From the human T2T-CHM13v2.0 reference genome, Homo sapiens, in assembly GCF_009914755.1 (NCBI RefSeq), contig NC_060929.1: a stretch of DNA of 64,000 bases; one strand, written 5' to 3'. The position numbers and the translations under genes are program-made. Of the stretch, positions 40,471 to 52,590 are shown in pieces. Numbering within the stretch: position 1 is the first letter of the stretch; each line of letters opens with the position of its first letter. The notes under the pieces were generated by a model. That model worked only from the letters and a program-made list of their open reading frames with translations. It was not told the DNA's origin and did no database searches.

Positions 40471-41584
40471 ATTTAAAAAAAACCATATTGACAAACTTCT
40501 CATACTCAGTAACATTAAAATTTGATGATCTATCTTGAAAAATTATATAAATGAATAAAATAAGTTTAATAAGTTTAATGGACACACCATCATACAACAG
40601 AAGCTTCCTGCTCCTAAAGTCAGTTTCAGAAGCCCCAGCTCCACCTGAAAGACACTTGAAACCCACAGTTAAATTGATTTTCCCTGATAGAGCATAGCAT
40701 TCCTTCTACCTTTTGCCACACTTTCAAATAGTTCTTGGTGTATGAGTTAGATAATAAGGCAGAGACAGTACAACAAACCAAGTTCTTTATAGCTACTTGC
40801 ACACCATTCATTTTCAGTAACTAATAGGTCATATTCTCTGTGCATCAAACCAAGAGCAATTTTGGCCTCACTGATCTGAAACGATATGCATGTGCTTCCA
40901 GACAAATAATGTTTGACTAATACCCATTATTAATGTTCTTGAATTGCTTTATACCTCTGAAATGAAATTATATTTCCCATTTAGAAAAAGAAAATTATTT
41001 CTATCTCTTCTTTTATTTCTTTTTTATTTTCAGTTATTTCCAGGGTACAGAGCCATTTTCAGGGATTCACAGCCTGCCAGAGAGGCTCATTCTCCATACA
41101 TCCTCCCATCAATGATTGATCCTCAGGAGATGGTCGGTGCCTCAATAGTTACTGCTTAATTAATGTTCCTCTGGTTGTTAACTAAGAACTTAAGCTGCTT
41201 GGAAAAAAATTTCTCCCTCCAGCAAGATGGCTTGCCATTAGTAAAATAATCCTTGGTAATTAAAAATCTCATTTTCAAATATAGTTCATAAGTTTTACAT
41301 CATGAAATGGTTTCTCATCTAATTCTCTTTAAAAATGTTGCCCTAAGCAAAATAAAATACCATCTTCGAAAATCTGAAGCCAAACAAAAGAAGCCAAAAC
41401 ACAACCACTGTTTCTTTTACAAATAACAAAACTTCCCCTATAACTGGCCAGTGGCTGCTTTTAGATACATTAATCCAAATAAGTGATATTCTCTAAAGAA
41501 TTTTTTCTTAGTTGAGAAAAATATCTAAAATATTTGATCATCAATATATTACAAATATTTTGCCAGAGATGTTATAATTATCTT

Positions 41585-41812
41585 TTATATTTTATATCTT
41601 TTATAATTTTATATTTTAATATATTTATATTAAATATTTAATATTTATATTTATATATTTAATATTTAATATAAACATTTAATATTTAATATATTAATTA
41701 TATATTAAATATTTAATATATAAATATTAAATATAATAATATAATATATATTTATATAATTTTATAATTTTATATTTATAATAAAAATATAAAATATCTT
41801 TTATATTTTAGA
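41585..41812. repeat. Almost pure AT low-complexity tract with an internal palindrome
   Basis: About 230 bp of nearly A/T-only sequence, bracketed by a repeated AGATGTTATAATTATCTTTTA. Confidence 0.9.
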
Positions 41813-42397
41813 GATGTTTGCCACTAGATGTTATAATTATCTTTTACTTAAACTTGTTGCACCCAGCTATACATTGGACAATCAACATTTGAATGTACTA
41901 TGATAACTTTAAATGGATTTAATATTATGCATGAGATCACATGCTTTATATTCTTAAGATAATTTAGAAGTAGTTGTTTCAAAGTATCTGAACAGAGTAA
42001 AGATTTAAATGCCCAGATTACAAAGTGGAATAAAGAAAATGGAAAATGATTGATTAAATCAAAATCTCATCAAATAGAGAGACACCTTGGTTTTAAACAA
42101 ATTAGGTGAGCAATAACAAATGGCAAAGCTTTTTAAGTAAATGGAACCTGGGTCGAATTTATTTTCCAAAAAGGTGAAAAAAAAATACATAGAAATGTCT
42201 CTAACCTAATGGAGCTCTGTGCACTCTGGGTCAAATTCCAAGAACACAACCGTAGTTCGTGTGAAACACTAGAGGGCAGAGTTGCACAGTAAAGCTCTTC
42301 TGACGTCTAACTGAGGACATGGATACCAACACTTAGGATGCTTGCTCCTGTAAACCCTCAGAACACCCTGGTTTATTTGGAAAGGTTTTAAACTTTT

Positions 42398-42552
42398 TTT
42401 AAATTATACTTTAAGCTTTAGGGTACATGTACACAACGTGCAGGTTTGTTACATATGTATACATGTGCCATGTTGGTGTGCTGCACCCATTAACGCTTCA
42501 TTTACATTGGGTGTATCTCCTAATGCTATCCCTCCCCCCTCCCCCCACCCCA
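42398..42552 (-). mobile_element. 155-bp 5'-truncated L1PA (L1PA4-like) 3' end
   Basis: TTATACTTTAAG..TAGGGTACATGTACACAACGTGCAGGTTTGTTAC...; 18-bp TSD GAAAGGTTTTAAACTTTT (42380-42397 and 42553-42570). Confidence 0.92.
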
Positions 42553-44879
42553 GAAAGGTTTTAAACTTTTAACAGATGATCTAAATTAGTCCACTATGAA
42601 AGCAATCAGCCAAATTCAGGAAACCCAGACAAGGCCTCCATGGAGAGTACTTACCCTAAAAATGATCTGTCTTCCTTCCTGCATGTGTTCATAAACAGCA
42701 CATCTTATTCCTCATGAAATGACCATCGCTTTTCTCCTGAATAAAGGATTCTTAATAACCCACTTATGCTTATGGACTCTGAGAGCTAAAGGTTTTAAGT
42801 TATGGATGACATTTCCCATCTTATTTGGGAAACGGATTATTCCATTTTGGTTGACTAAGTAACATAAGCTCAAACAAAATGTCTCCATATTGTTAAAAGT
42901 TTTGCAGAGGAAAGAATCTTCACCCTTCAAAACTCCTTTATATTCATATTCATTGTCAATGGCAAAGATTCAAAAAATACTGGCTTCCCAGCATCTTACC
43001 ACACTGATAAATGGAAGCCATTTATTTCAAATGGAGTCTGGAAGCCCAAATATCAATTTGTGTAGCTCCAGGAGCAACATAAAAAGTTATTTCCCCTCTT
43101 CAAGCCATTGTGTGTCTTTCCCAGTGGCCAAGTCATGTACAAGCCACTTCAATATCTCCCAATTATATTATCTTGAAAATTACAGCCTCAAATATTCATT
43201 CTCCAAATAGCCAGGTTCCTAGAGGGCATTCAATGAGATGATGAAGCGTCTCTTCAAAATAATCCATCTCAGAAACTGTGGGCTTTTAACAGAAAAACTG
43301 TACTTGTCCAAGGAGAACACAGGTCTAAAATTATTTTTCACTTGTTGTATTATCACTGTATTTATAAAAATCGATATTAAAAATAATTATAGTCCAGGTA
43401 GACGCAATTTATCATATAGAGAGGTTTTTGAAATCCTAATGCTTTGATAATTCTATAAATTAAATGCTTAAAATGGCAACATAAATAAATATTTTAAATA
43501 ACTCAGGAGGAGCAAATTGACCACCTGTTTCTCAGAATCCAGAATCCATTTTCACTATTCTTTTTCTCTGAATGTCTATCTGATTGTACTCATTTTTTCC
43601 ATGCCCCTAAAACCAACATCTCACTAGAACATGCTAGATATAAAATAGATTGAGAAAACTGAGCCTTTATCAAGGCTTTTTACATATTGATATAAGCTGT
43701 AAATATTGACCTCTCCAGTTCACTCATGGAAAACTAAAACCCAAAGTGAAATATACTTCAGTAGGAAAACAAACCATAGTAAATATTCACTAGCATACCC
43801 TATTTCTAGAAGGCAATATATTTTTTAAAATCTGTCAATCAATTCAAAGATCATGGATTGGTAGCCTTCACTGACCATTCTATCTAAAATTTTAACAATA
43901 TCTCTCAACAATTCATAGCCCCCTTCATTGCCCAATGTTTTTTTCTTATGATTAGTTCTTTTACTTGGAATTTCTACTTATATATTATCAGTCTGTTTGC
44001 AAGGTATGAGCCTAATGGCTGAGATTTTGTCTTTTTTGTTTACTTTTATTCATTCCCAGTGACTAGAATACTGGTATCTAGTAGGTAATTAATAAATATT
44101 TGTTGAAATATTAAATGGATGAACAAATAAATGAATACACAGCAAATCCAAAATATAACACAATTTTATGTATTGCAAGTCCTGTTCTAATAAGACTAGG
44201 AGTCAAGAATCAATAAGAGACCATCAAATGCCAAGCATTTTGAAAATGTTACTTGATTTCATCCTTCCAACAACATTAAGAAATGAAACATAGAGTAGTG
44301 TTGTTGCTTATACAGCTGAGTAAGTGGCTGAGCTGAAATCTGGATTTGGTCTGCATATTGCCAAAGTCCATGCTTTTTTTATTATATTACACTGATCCTC
44401 ATACTATCTCAACTCTTCTAAAAGATGTGTAACAAATGTTTAACAGTAGGGCGCTTAAGTTACAAAAGCTAATTGTGTCAGCATAACTTCATAATCAAGA
44501 CGCTCTGGAGGTGCAGAAGAAGCAACTGACTATGAATGGCAATAAGAATCTCCGGTTTACTAGAAAAGAACAGGTTTCCACAACTCCTTGGTTGCTCACA
44601 ACAGGTCTCAGGTGGTGGCGGAAGGAGAAAATAGGGAAAAACAAAACAGTTCCCTCAAAAGTTATGGAAGAGGACAATTGCATAAATTCATAGGTTAACA
44701 GAATACTCACAGAAATTCCATCTAGGGATTAAAAAAAACATAATCTCAGACAGCACATATTCACCATGATTAGGGAATCTTAGACTGTGCTAAATTGATA
44801 ACATCACAATCAGAAAGCAATTCCTACAATATTTGCTGATTTTCATAAGGCTGTATTCCAGGAATAATATCACACAGGT

Positions 44880-45820
44880 CCAAAATCCATTACCCTGTAA
44901 TCCAACTATATGCTTTTTGTAAGAGGCACACTTTATATGCAAAAATCAAATAGGTTGAAAGTAAAAGGATGAAAAGATAAATCATGCAAATAGTAAATAA
45001 AAGATAAGTTGAGTAGCTATATTAACATCAGAAAGAATAGACAGGAAGACAAAGCTTGTTATTAGAGTGCTATGATTTGAATGATGATGTCCCCTCTAAA
45101 ATTTATAGGTTAAAACTTAATCATCAATGTGATACTATTAAGACGTGGAGCTTTAAGAGGTAATTAAGTGATGAGGGCAAAGCTCTCACAGATGGGATTA
45201 GGGCCTTTATAAAAGGGTTAGGGGGAGTATGTTTGCTTTCTTCTGCTCTTTGCCATGTGATAACATGGCATTTATCCCCCTTTTGACTTTGGGTCCCTTC
45301 CATTAAGTGAGGACACAGTGTCTGTCCCCTCCAGAGGATGCAGCAACAAAGTCCCACTTGGAAGTGAAGGCTGGGCCCTCACCAGACACCAAACCTGCTA
45401 GGGGCTTGATCCTGGCTTGCCAGCTTCCAGAACTGTGAAAATCAATGTCTGTTATTTATTAAATTATCCAGTCTGGTGTAGTTTGTTATAACAGCACAAA
45501 CAAACTATGACATAGAGACAAAGGACATTCTGCAATAATATAATGGTCAATCCCTCAGGAAGATATAACACTTAATAAACATATTTGCACCTAACAACCA
45601 AGTCCCAAAATATGTGAAGAAAAAATGGACATAATTGAATGGAGAAACAGACAACTCAACAGTAATAGTTGTAAACTTCAATACCCCACTTTCAATAGAC
45701 AGAAGATTAACAAGGAAATAGAAGTCTTGAACAACATTATCAACCACCACACCTAACACTATAAATCAACTACACCATACAGACATGTATAGAGCACTCC
45801 ACTCTCTAGGACAGGCTGTG
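44880..45820 (+). mobile_element. Old L1 ORF2 endonuclease-region fragment, interrupted by an MST-like LTR
   Basis: CCAACTATATGCT...AGGTTGAAAGTAAAAGGATG...CATGCAAA; ATTTGCACCTAACAAC. Confidence 0.75.
45068..45512 (+). mobile_element. MaLR solo LTR (MSTC-like)
   Basis: TGCTATGATTTGAATG...ACTATGACA with a perfect 5-bp TSD TAGAG (45063-45067 and 45513-45517). Confidence 0.85.
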
Positions 45821-47285
45821 TGTTAGGCCAAAGTCTCTTACCCAAAACACTTTGGCCCATATGTGTTTCAGGATCCTAAGTTGTCTGGATTTTAAAAATA
45901 TAATATGGTGCATTTTCAGTAGATTATAAAACATCCACACCACCATCAGGATTTAGGTCAGCACCCTGCAGCCAATCACAATATTTCTACAGCAAAATAT
46001 ACAATAATTATTGATAATAAATGAGATAAAGGCTATAAATAACTTGAAGTTAAAGTCCACATGTTTTTGCCAAAAATAAATTGTAAAACGAAATTAAAAA
46101 CCTATTGCTTCTACTTTAAAGGTATCTTTCAAATGTATCCATTTTTCTTCATCCCTGCCATCATCCTAGCACAGCCACCATTTTGTCCCTTTTGTCCTTA
46201 AAGGAACATTTTAACAGCATCCATGCTTCTACCCCTGCCTCTCTCCAGTCCAGTCTCCACAAAGCAACTGAAGGCATCTATTATTATTACTATGTTATTT
46301 CTCTACCTGAGACTCTCCAATAACTTCCCACTGCTCTTGAATGAAACTCCAATTCCTCATGACATCTCCTACGCTTCATCACTCAAAGCTGTCCAGCCAC
46401 ATGGTCTTTTTATTCCCTCAAACACTCAGTCCCTTCCCTGCTTAGAGTCTTTGGTGTCACTCTTCCCCTTCCAGAATGCTCTTCAAATAATTTTTCAAAG
46501 GTAGGATCATCATCAACCTTTAGGTCTAATCTCAGACGTCACCTCCTCAGACTTTCCCTATCGCTTCTACCTGTTCTTGGCCTTCCCTACATTATTTTTG
46601 TTTGTTTGAAGACACTTCATTTTAGAGTAGTTTTTTATTTACATAAAAGTTACAAAGGTTGTGCAAACAATGGCCATACACTCTGAACCCAGTTCCCCTA
46701 TTGTTAATATCTTACATTGCTATAGTCTTATTTGTCACAACCAATAAACCAATGCTGGTACATTACTATTGACTAAGCTCCATACTTAGTTCTGTCTCAT
46801 GACCTTTTTCTTTCCAAGATCCTATATCCAGACGACCACATTACATTTAGTCATCATATCTCCTTAGTCTCTGGTTTGTGACAGTTTCTAAGACTTACCC
46901 TGTTTATTCTTCAGCTTTGAGAAGTACTCCTCAAGTTATTTTGTAAATTGTCCCCAATTTGGTTTTGTCTGATGTTTTTCTCACGGTTAGACTATAGTTA
47001 CGGGTTTTAGAGAGGAAGACCACAGGTGAAATAATCTCATCACATCATATCAGGGGCAGATGCTATCAACATGACTTATCAGTGATAATGCTATCAGTTA
47101 TCACTGATAATGTTAAACTTGATTGCCTGGCTACATAGAATTTGCTAGCCTTCTCGATTGTAAAGGTATTTCCTCATCCTTTCCACTCTATTACCAATCT
47201 ACTCTTTGGAAGCAAGTCACTAACTACAAAGATGGGGGAATTGAGCTCTACCTCCTGGAGGGGAGATTATATACATAAATTATTT

Positions 47286-47320
47286 GGGAGGCGAGAATTC
47301 TACCATTGAACCACCAGTGC
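47286..47320 (-). pseudogene. Tailless retro-copy of a 5' tRNA-Gly(CCC) half
   Basis: Minus strand GCACTGGTGGTTCAATGGTAGAATTCTCGCCTCCC matches nt 1-35 of tRNA-Gly and ends at the anticodon. Flanked by the direct repeat AATTATTTGG (47278-47287 and 47321-47330). No poly(A). Confidence 0.85.
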
Positions 47321-47792
47321 AATTATTTGGAATTCTGTAAGGGAGACTTGTCTTTTCTCTCCCATTTACTTATTTGTTTGATGATTTATTTATATTGGTG
47401 TTCACCTACAGATTTTTATATTATAGTTCAAGATACAATCCAAGCTAAATTGTTGCTCAAATATTTCCAGCTTTAGTCACTGGCGGTTCTTCCAGGTTGG
47501 CTCTTGTGTCCCTTTGATGACTTATACCCAATCCTTTTGTTTTTTGAGCACTTCTTTACAATCTGGCACTACAAGGAGCTCCAGTCTCATATTGCATGTG
47601 ACTATTTTTTTAATTGGAGAATGATGTTAGAAACTGAGGTCTGGTGCCAGGTGAGCTTATTCTCACTCAGGTGCCACTAATACTGAACCCCCTCAACAGA
47701 CAAGAGCTAGAAAACATATATATGTAAACTAATCAAAGCATAAGCACATATGTGTAAATATTTCTATATTTAACCATGTCTATCAATAGAGA

Positions 47793-48187
47793 TAAAATGG
47801 ATCATGTGATACTTGATTAGAGTAGAGTACATTGATATAAACTCATGCTTTGCTTAAGCCTGAGTTTATATAAACTATATAAACCATTTCTATCAACACA
47901 GAAATGGTTACATACAGAAACATTTACAAATACATATAGAAATTTCTATATGTAACATTTATATATATTTCATAGATATGTAAATTTCTATACGATTAAA
48001 TGTATTTCTATATGTAATCATTTATATAGAAATGGTTACATATCTATGAAATATAGAAATGATTACAAATGTATCATCAATATAGAAATAGTTACAAATG
48101 TATAGTTTATATAAACTTATGCTTAAGCAAAGCATGAGTTTATAAGAATGTACCCCACTCTAATCAAGTATCACATGATCCATTTTA
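47793..48187. repeat. 87-bp inverted repeat (47793-47879 and 48101-48187) with a 221-bp spacer
   Basis: Arms match in reverse complement at 81 of 87 positions with no gaps (manual alignment). Confidence 0.93.
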
Positions 48188-48208
48188 GCATACTCTTTTT
48201 AATCATCC

Positions 48209-48993
48209 AGTATATTTGTCAGGTTTCACCAGAGAAACAAAACCAACAGGATGTGTGTGTGTGTGTGTGTGTACATATGTGTGTATGTATACATATGAGT
48301 GTGAGGAACGTACAACGATGTTCATTTACTTATGAACATACAACGATGTTCATTTACTTATGTCCCAACATTACCCCATTGTAAGCTGAGGAGCATACTG
48401 AATGCATATCACTTTCACACCATCATGAAATTGAAAAATTATAAGTCAAACCATTGTAAGTTGGGAACTGTCTGTATACACACGTGTGTGTGTGTGTGTG
48501 TGTGTAAGAGAGTAATTATAAGGAATTGGCTCACACAACTGTGGAAGCTGACAAGTCCCAAGATCTGCAATCAGCAAGCTGGACACTCAAAAGAGCCAAG
48601 ATTGTGGTTCCAGTTCAAGTCCAAAGGCATGAGAATCAAGAGAGCTGAAAGCACAGATCTGAAAGCCTACCAGTCCAAAGGCTGATACATTCCAGACCCA
48701 GAAAGATCCAGTGTTTCAGCTGAAGTCCAAAGAAAATAATGATGTTCCAGCGTGAAAACAGGTAAGCTGAGTTCTCTCTCAGTCAAGGGAAGGTCAGCCT
48801 TTTTGTTCTAGTCAGGCTTTGAACTGACTGGCTGCAGCTCTCCCACATGAGGGAGGCCATCTGCTTTCGAGTGTGCTTTATCGGTCTACCAACTCCAGTG
48901 TTCATCTGCCCAGAAACACTTTCACAGACATACCCAGAATATTGTCTGACCAAATACCTGGGCTCCCCATGATACATAAAATTAACTCTCACA
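48209..48993 (-). mobile_element. MLT2 (ERVL) LTR with a TG tract that carries a MER47/Tigger5 fragment (~48345-48475)
   Basis: CCAGAGAAACAAAACCAACAGGA(TG)n...AGGAATTGGCTCACACAACTGTGGAAGCTGACAAGTCCCAAGATCTGCA...AAAATTAACTCTCACA. Insert ends AAGTCAAACCATTGTAAGTTGGGAACTGTCTGTA. Confidence 0.8.
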
Positions 48994-51900
48994 CCCAGTT
49001 TATTTCCATTAGCATCATTAACGCAATCTATAATTAACTACTTTTTGTATTTATTTGCTCACTTGCTTTTCTTCCGTTCCTTACTATTGATAATTTAAGT
49101 TCTAGAAGCAGAGGCCCTGCTTGTTTTACCAACTCTGTAACTCTTCGGCCTAGAACAGTGTCTGCTATGTAGTAGTGGTTAACGTGTTGAATAAATGAAA
49201 AAAGAATGAGAAAGTACCAATTATCAATTAAAAAGTACCAATTTCTACTATGAGTAACATACTAGAAAACAACAAAGAATACTTTGAGGCTACCTGTAGA
49301 ACATGAGTAAAATCATCTTCCAGACCAAAAAATAAACACACACCGATCTGTCACTGTGTCACATTATATGAATAATCATGCATCCATCATCACTTCATAC
49401 TGGAATTCTCCCCACAGGCAATTCAAGGGATGGTTGGTGTTTTTACCTGAAGCTTACTGTGGTAGAGCTTTATCATGTCCAAAATAAAGAAGCATATTTC
49501 TCTTTCAAGTTTTCTTTTCGGTAACAAATATGAGTTTCAGTCTTAGTAGTATTCAGGTTGAGGGCAGCAAGTAGACAGGAGGCAGGGAGATTCATCACCC
49601 ATCCTTATATGTTTCACCAAATCAAAATTTTTCCAATATCAAAGCGTCTTTCACCCCATAGCTTAGGAACCATGTCACCCACAGCTACCCAAAAAATTCT
49701 GGCACAGTTAGTTGTAATCTTGTTGGCTTCGCATGTTTTAATGTCTTTCAATTACTTCTCAAATTGCTGAAAACCTTGTCCAGATTTGAAAATGAATTTA
49801 ATAGAAGCGATGGTAGTATGACTGAGAGAGACCACTGTGAAAGCAAAGACTGTTTAGGAGGAGACGGAAAGGTGGTTTTGCATTCAAAATTTCTTTCTGC
49901 TTCCAGGGGAAGAAAGCGTGGCATGGTTGGTCCAGAGAATGCCATGCAGGCAAAGACTTCCACCCTATTCACTGTGCCCTTCTCCTTCTTTCCATGGGGC
50001 TGGAGGTCTCACTGGAAACCTCCCACCTACTCATTCCCACACAAAAGATGAGAGTCAGATGATGATAGAAAAAGGAAGAAAGAGATGGAAGAAGGATAAG
50101 ACAGATATTTACTGAATGCTCAATACAGGCCTGGCAAATCCTCTGTTCTTGACTACTCTAAGATTTGTATTTCCTCTATTTAAAAAAAATAGGGCACTTG
50201 TATACATATTTATGTTTTTTAAAAAATCTACAAATATAACATAGGAAACAAGTTAATACTAGGGAGAGAGTTGGGGGAAAGAGAACAGGGCCAAATTATT
50301 TCCTGCGGGCTTTGGAAGATTGGTTAGTAAGAATATAAGAAAAATCCCCTCACATTGTGTGAAAGATGCTTCCTTCTTAAAATCTTTTCTAACAGGTTGA
50401 ACAAACCAAGGCAAGCCCGTGTAAGTGTTCTGAAACAATTCTTCATTCATTTGAATGATTCTATAGCTCAGAGTCATGACACAAATGGAGTAAGGAGATG
50501 AAATCTTGGACAATCACAAGACCATATCAAACAAAGGAGTGCCAGGAGGGTTCCTGGAATAAGGGCTGGATACTTATGGGCGACATCCTCCTCACCCCCG
50601 ACACCCCATGCCCAAATTAAGCACTTGGCCACCTGCACCAAATCAGTATACCGAAAAGAGAAGAAAAACTAAAAGGCACACTAAGGCAACAATGGAACTC
50701 TATCGTTATAAGGAAGGGACATCCATTGTACAGGTGTCATCAATAAAAATGAACCAACTCAAAGAGGTAAAAACTAGAGAGAAAGCATCTTTTTAGATGG
50801 TAGTTTTCAAAGCATTCCACTCCTAAGGGAAGGATGGAATAAGAAATGTGTCCTCAATAAGTTCCCTTATTGACTTTGCTGATATAGAAATGTTTCTGGG
50901 TTCCTGTCATGTCTTATCATATAACAGGTTCCAGTCCACCTCTTCTTACATCAAATTCACTTGGCTAAATCATGTGGAACAGCTTTTGAATTATGAGTTA
51001 TTCTCACAGGGAAGATGTTGTCAGATATCCAAGGATACAGAAAGCACAAACCACAGTGCAGTTTTTCTTGGCCAACTCCTCTGTGTCTGCCATCCATTTA
51101 CTTGTAATTGCAGGTGATTATCTACTCATCAGTCCATTCCCTGCTATTCTGAAGGGTCGGAAGTACTCTCATTTTGCCCTCAGAGTCATCCCATTCTACT
51201 CTCAGAAGGTCCCAAAATAGAAAGAAGCCGAGTTTCCTTTATACCAATCCCTTTAGCAAAACATCAGTCACATCACAGCACAGCTACATGCCAAGGCAAC
51301 GCAGGAAATTAGTGAGGAGGAAATAGCCTGTTGTCTGGCTACATCTCCCTGGGTTTGAGTATTGTATTCACCGGTGGAAAATCATTTTTGAAGTTATGTT
51401 ACAACCGTGCAAACTGCTCATCAAAAAAGTCACCTAGTTTTCAGCCAGGTGGCAGATTTCACACCAAAAATTTATATCCAGTAGACGCTCTTAGCAGCTC
51501 ATCTATATCCATGATCATACAGTAAAATTTCCAACAAATTATTCAAATTCCCTGAACAAATGCTAGAAGAAACCCTTCAAACAGTGACAATCTCAAGAAA
51601 GTGAGGGTGTCACACATGGGTAATTCCACATTCACAGACTTTTTTCATGACATTTTATTTTTTGAAAAGAGCAGATATGTCTCACTGGAAGCTTTTATAA
51701 AAAAAAATTCTGGGTTTTAAAAAATAGATCCCGTGTTACTATCAAGGCTTTTTTTCTATGGTCTGAAGAACTGAACATACTTGCCCAGGCAACTTGAGAA
51801 TAGCATTATTGGAAGATCAACTTGAGATACAAGTTGAAAATTAACAACTATTAGATGGCTAATGTATGAGTAATGAATGCGATTTGTTTTCCCTAAATCA

Positions 51901-52412
51901 TACTCTCACTCAGAAATAATATAACCTCCATGGTTCTTGCCACCTTACAAAAACACTCAGGTATGCATCTATTCATTCATACCATAAATATTCACCGAAT
52001 GCCCACAAAGTGACCAAGAAAATGAATGTCAGCAATATTGAGCTGTGTTATATAATGTGCTCTAAAACCTGTCCCGCTCATTGCTATGCTTGTCCCTCAG
52101 AATACAAGCCCAGAAACTCTAAGCAAATTAAAATAATCTCATTTCAAGACATTCAGAAGGGAATATTCCAAGGATATTTACTGCACTGCAGACAGCCTGG
52201 GGTGGGGTAAGACCATTCTTTGAAATGTATTCCAGGACTCACAGAGAGGACAGTGGCCTCTTCCAAGGACACTTATTCTGAGATGCCCCTGCTTTCCACT
52301 CCTGACTTAACCAAAGCGACTCCTCAGAATTAAGGATTTGAATCTGATACGACCAAGAAACTGTTTCAAAGAAGCAATGGTTTTAATATTTAATACGGAA
52401 AAGTTAATAGCA

Positions 52413-52590
52413 TTTCTTTTATTTATTTATTTATTTATTATTATACTTTAAGTTTTAGGGTACATGTGCACATTGTGCAGGTTAGTTACATATGTATACA
52501 TGTGCCATGCTGGTGCGCTGCACCCACTAACTCTTCATCTAGCATTAGGTATATCTCCCAATGCTATCCCTCCCCCCTCCCCCAACCCCA
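52413..52590 (-). mobile_element. Short 5'-truncated young L1 (L1PA2-like) 3' end with a (TTTA)n tail
   Basis: CACATTGTGCAGGTTAGTTAC and GCTGGTGCGCTGCACCCACTAAC..CATCTAGCATTAGG are L1HS/L1PA2-type; the Ta 'ACA' diagnostic is absent. Confidence 0.9.

Larger units (their letters stand above)
46600..48200 (-). mobile_element. L1MC-like 3'UTR
   Basis: CCCCTATTGTTAATATCTTACATT...GTACATTACTATTGACTAAGCTCCA; GAGCACTTCTTTAC..TCTGGCACTACAAG. Hosts the tRNA half and the inverted duplication. Confidence 0.75.

Noticed and set aside
47286-47320. Functional tRNA gene
   Set aside because: Only the 5' half is present: no T-arm/B-box and no 3' acceptor strand.
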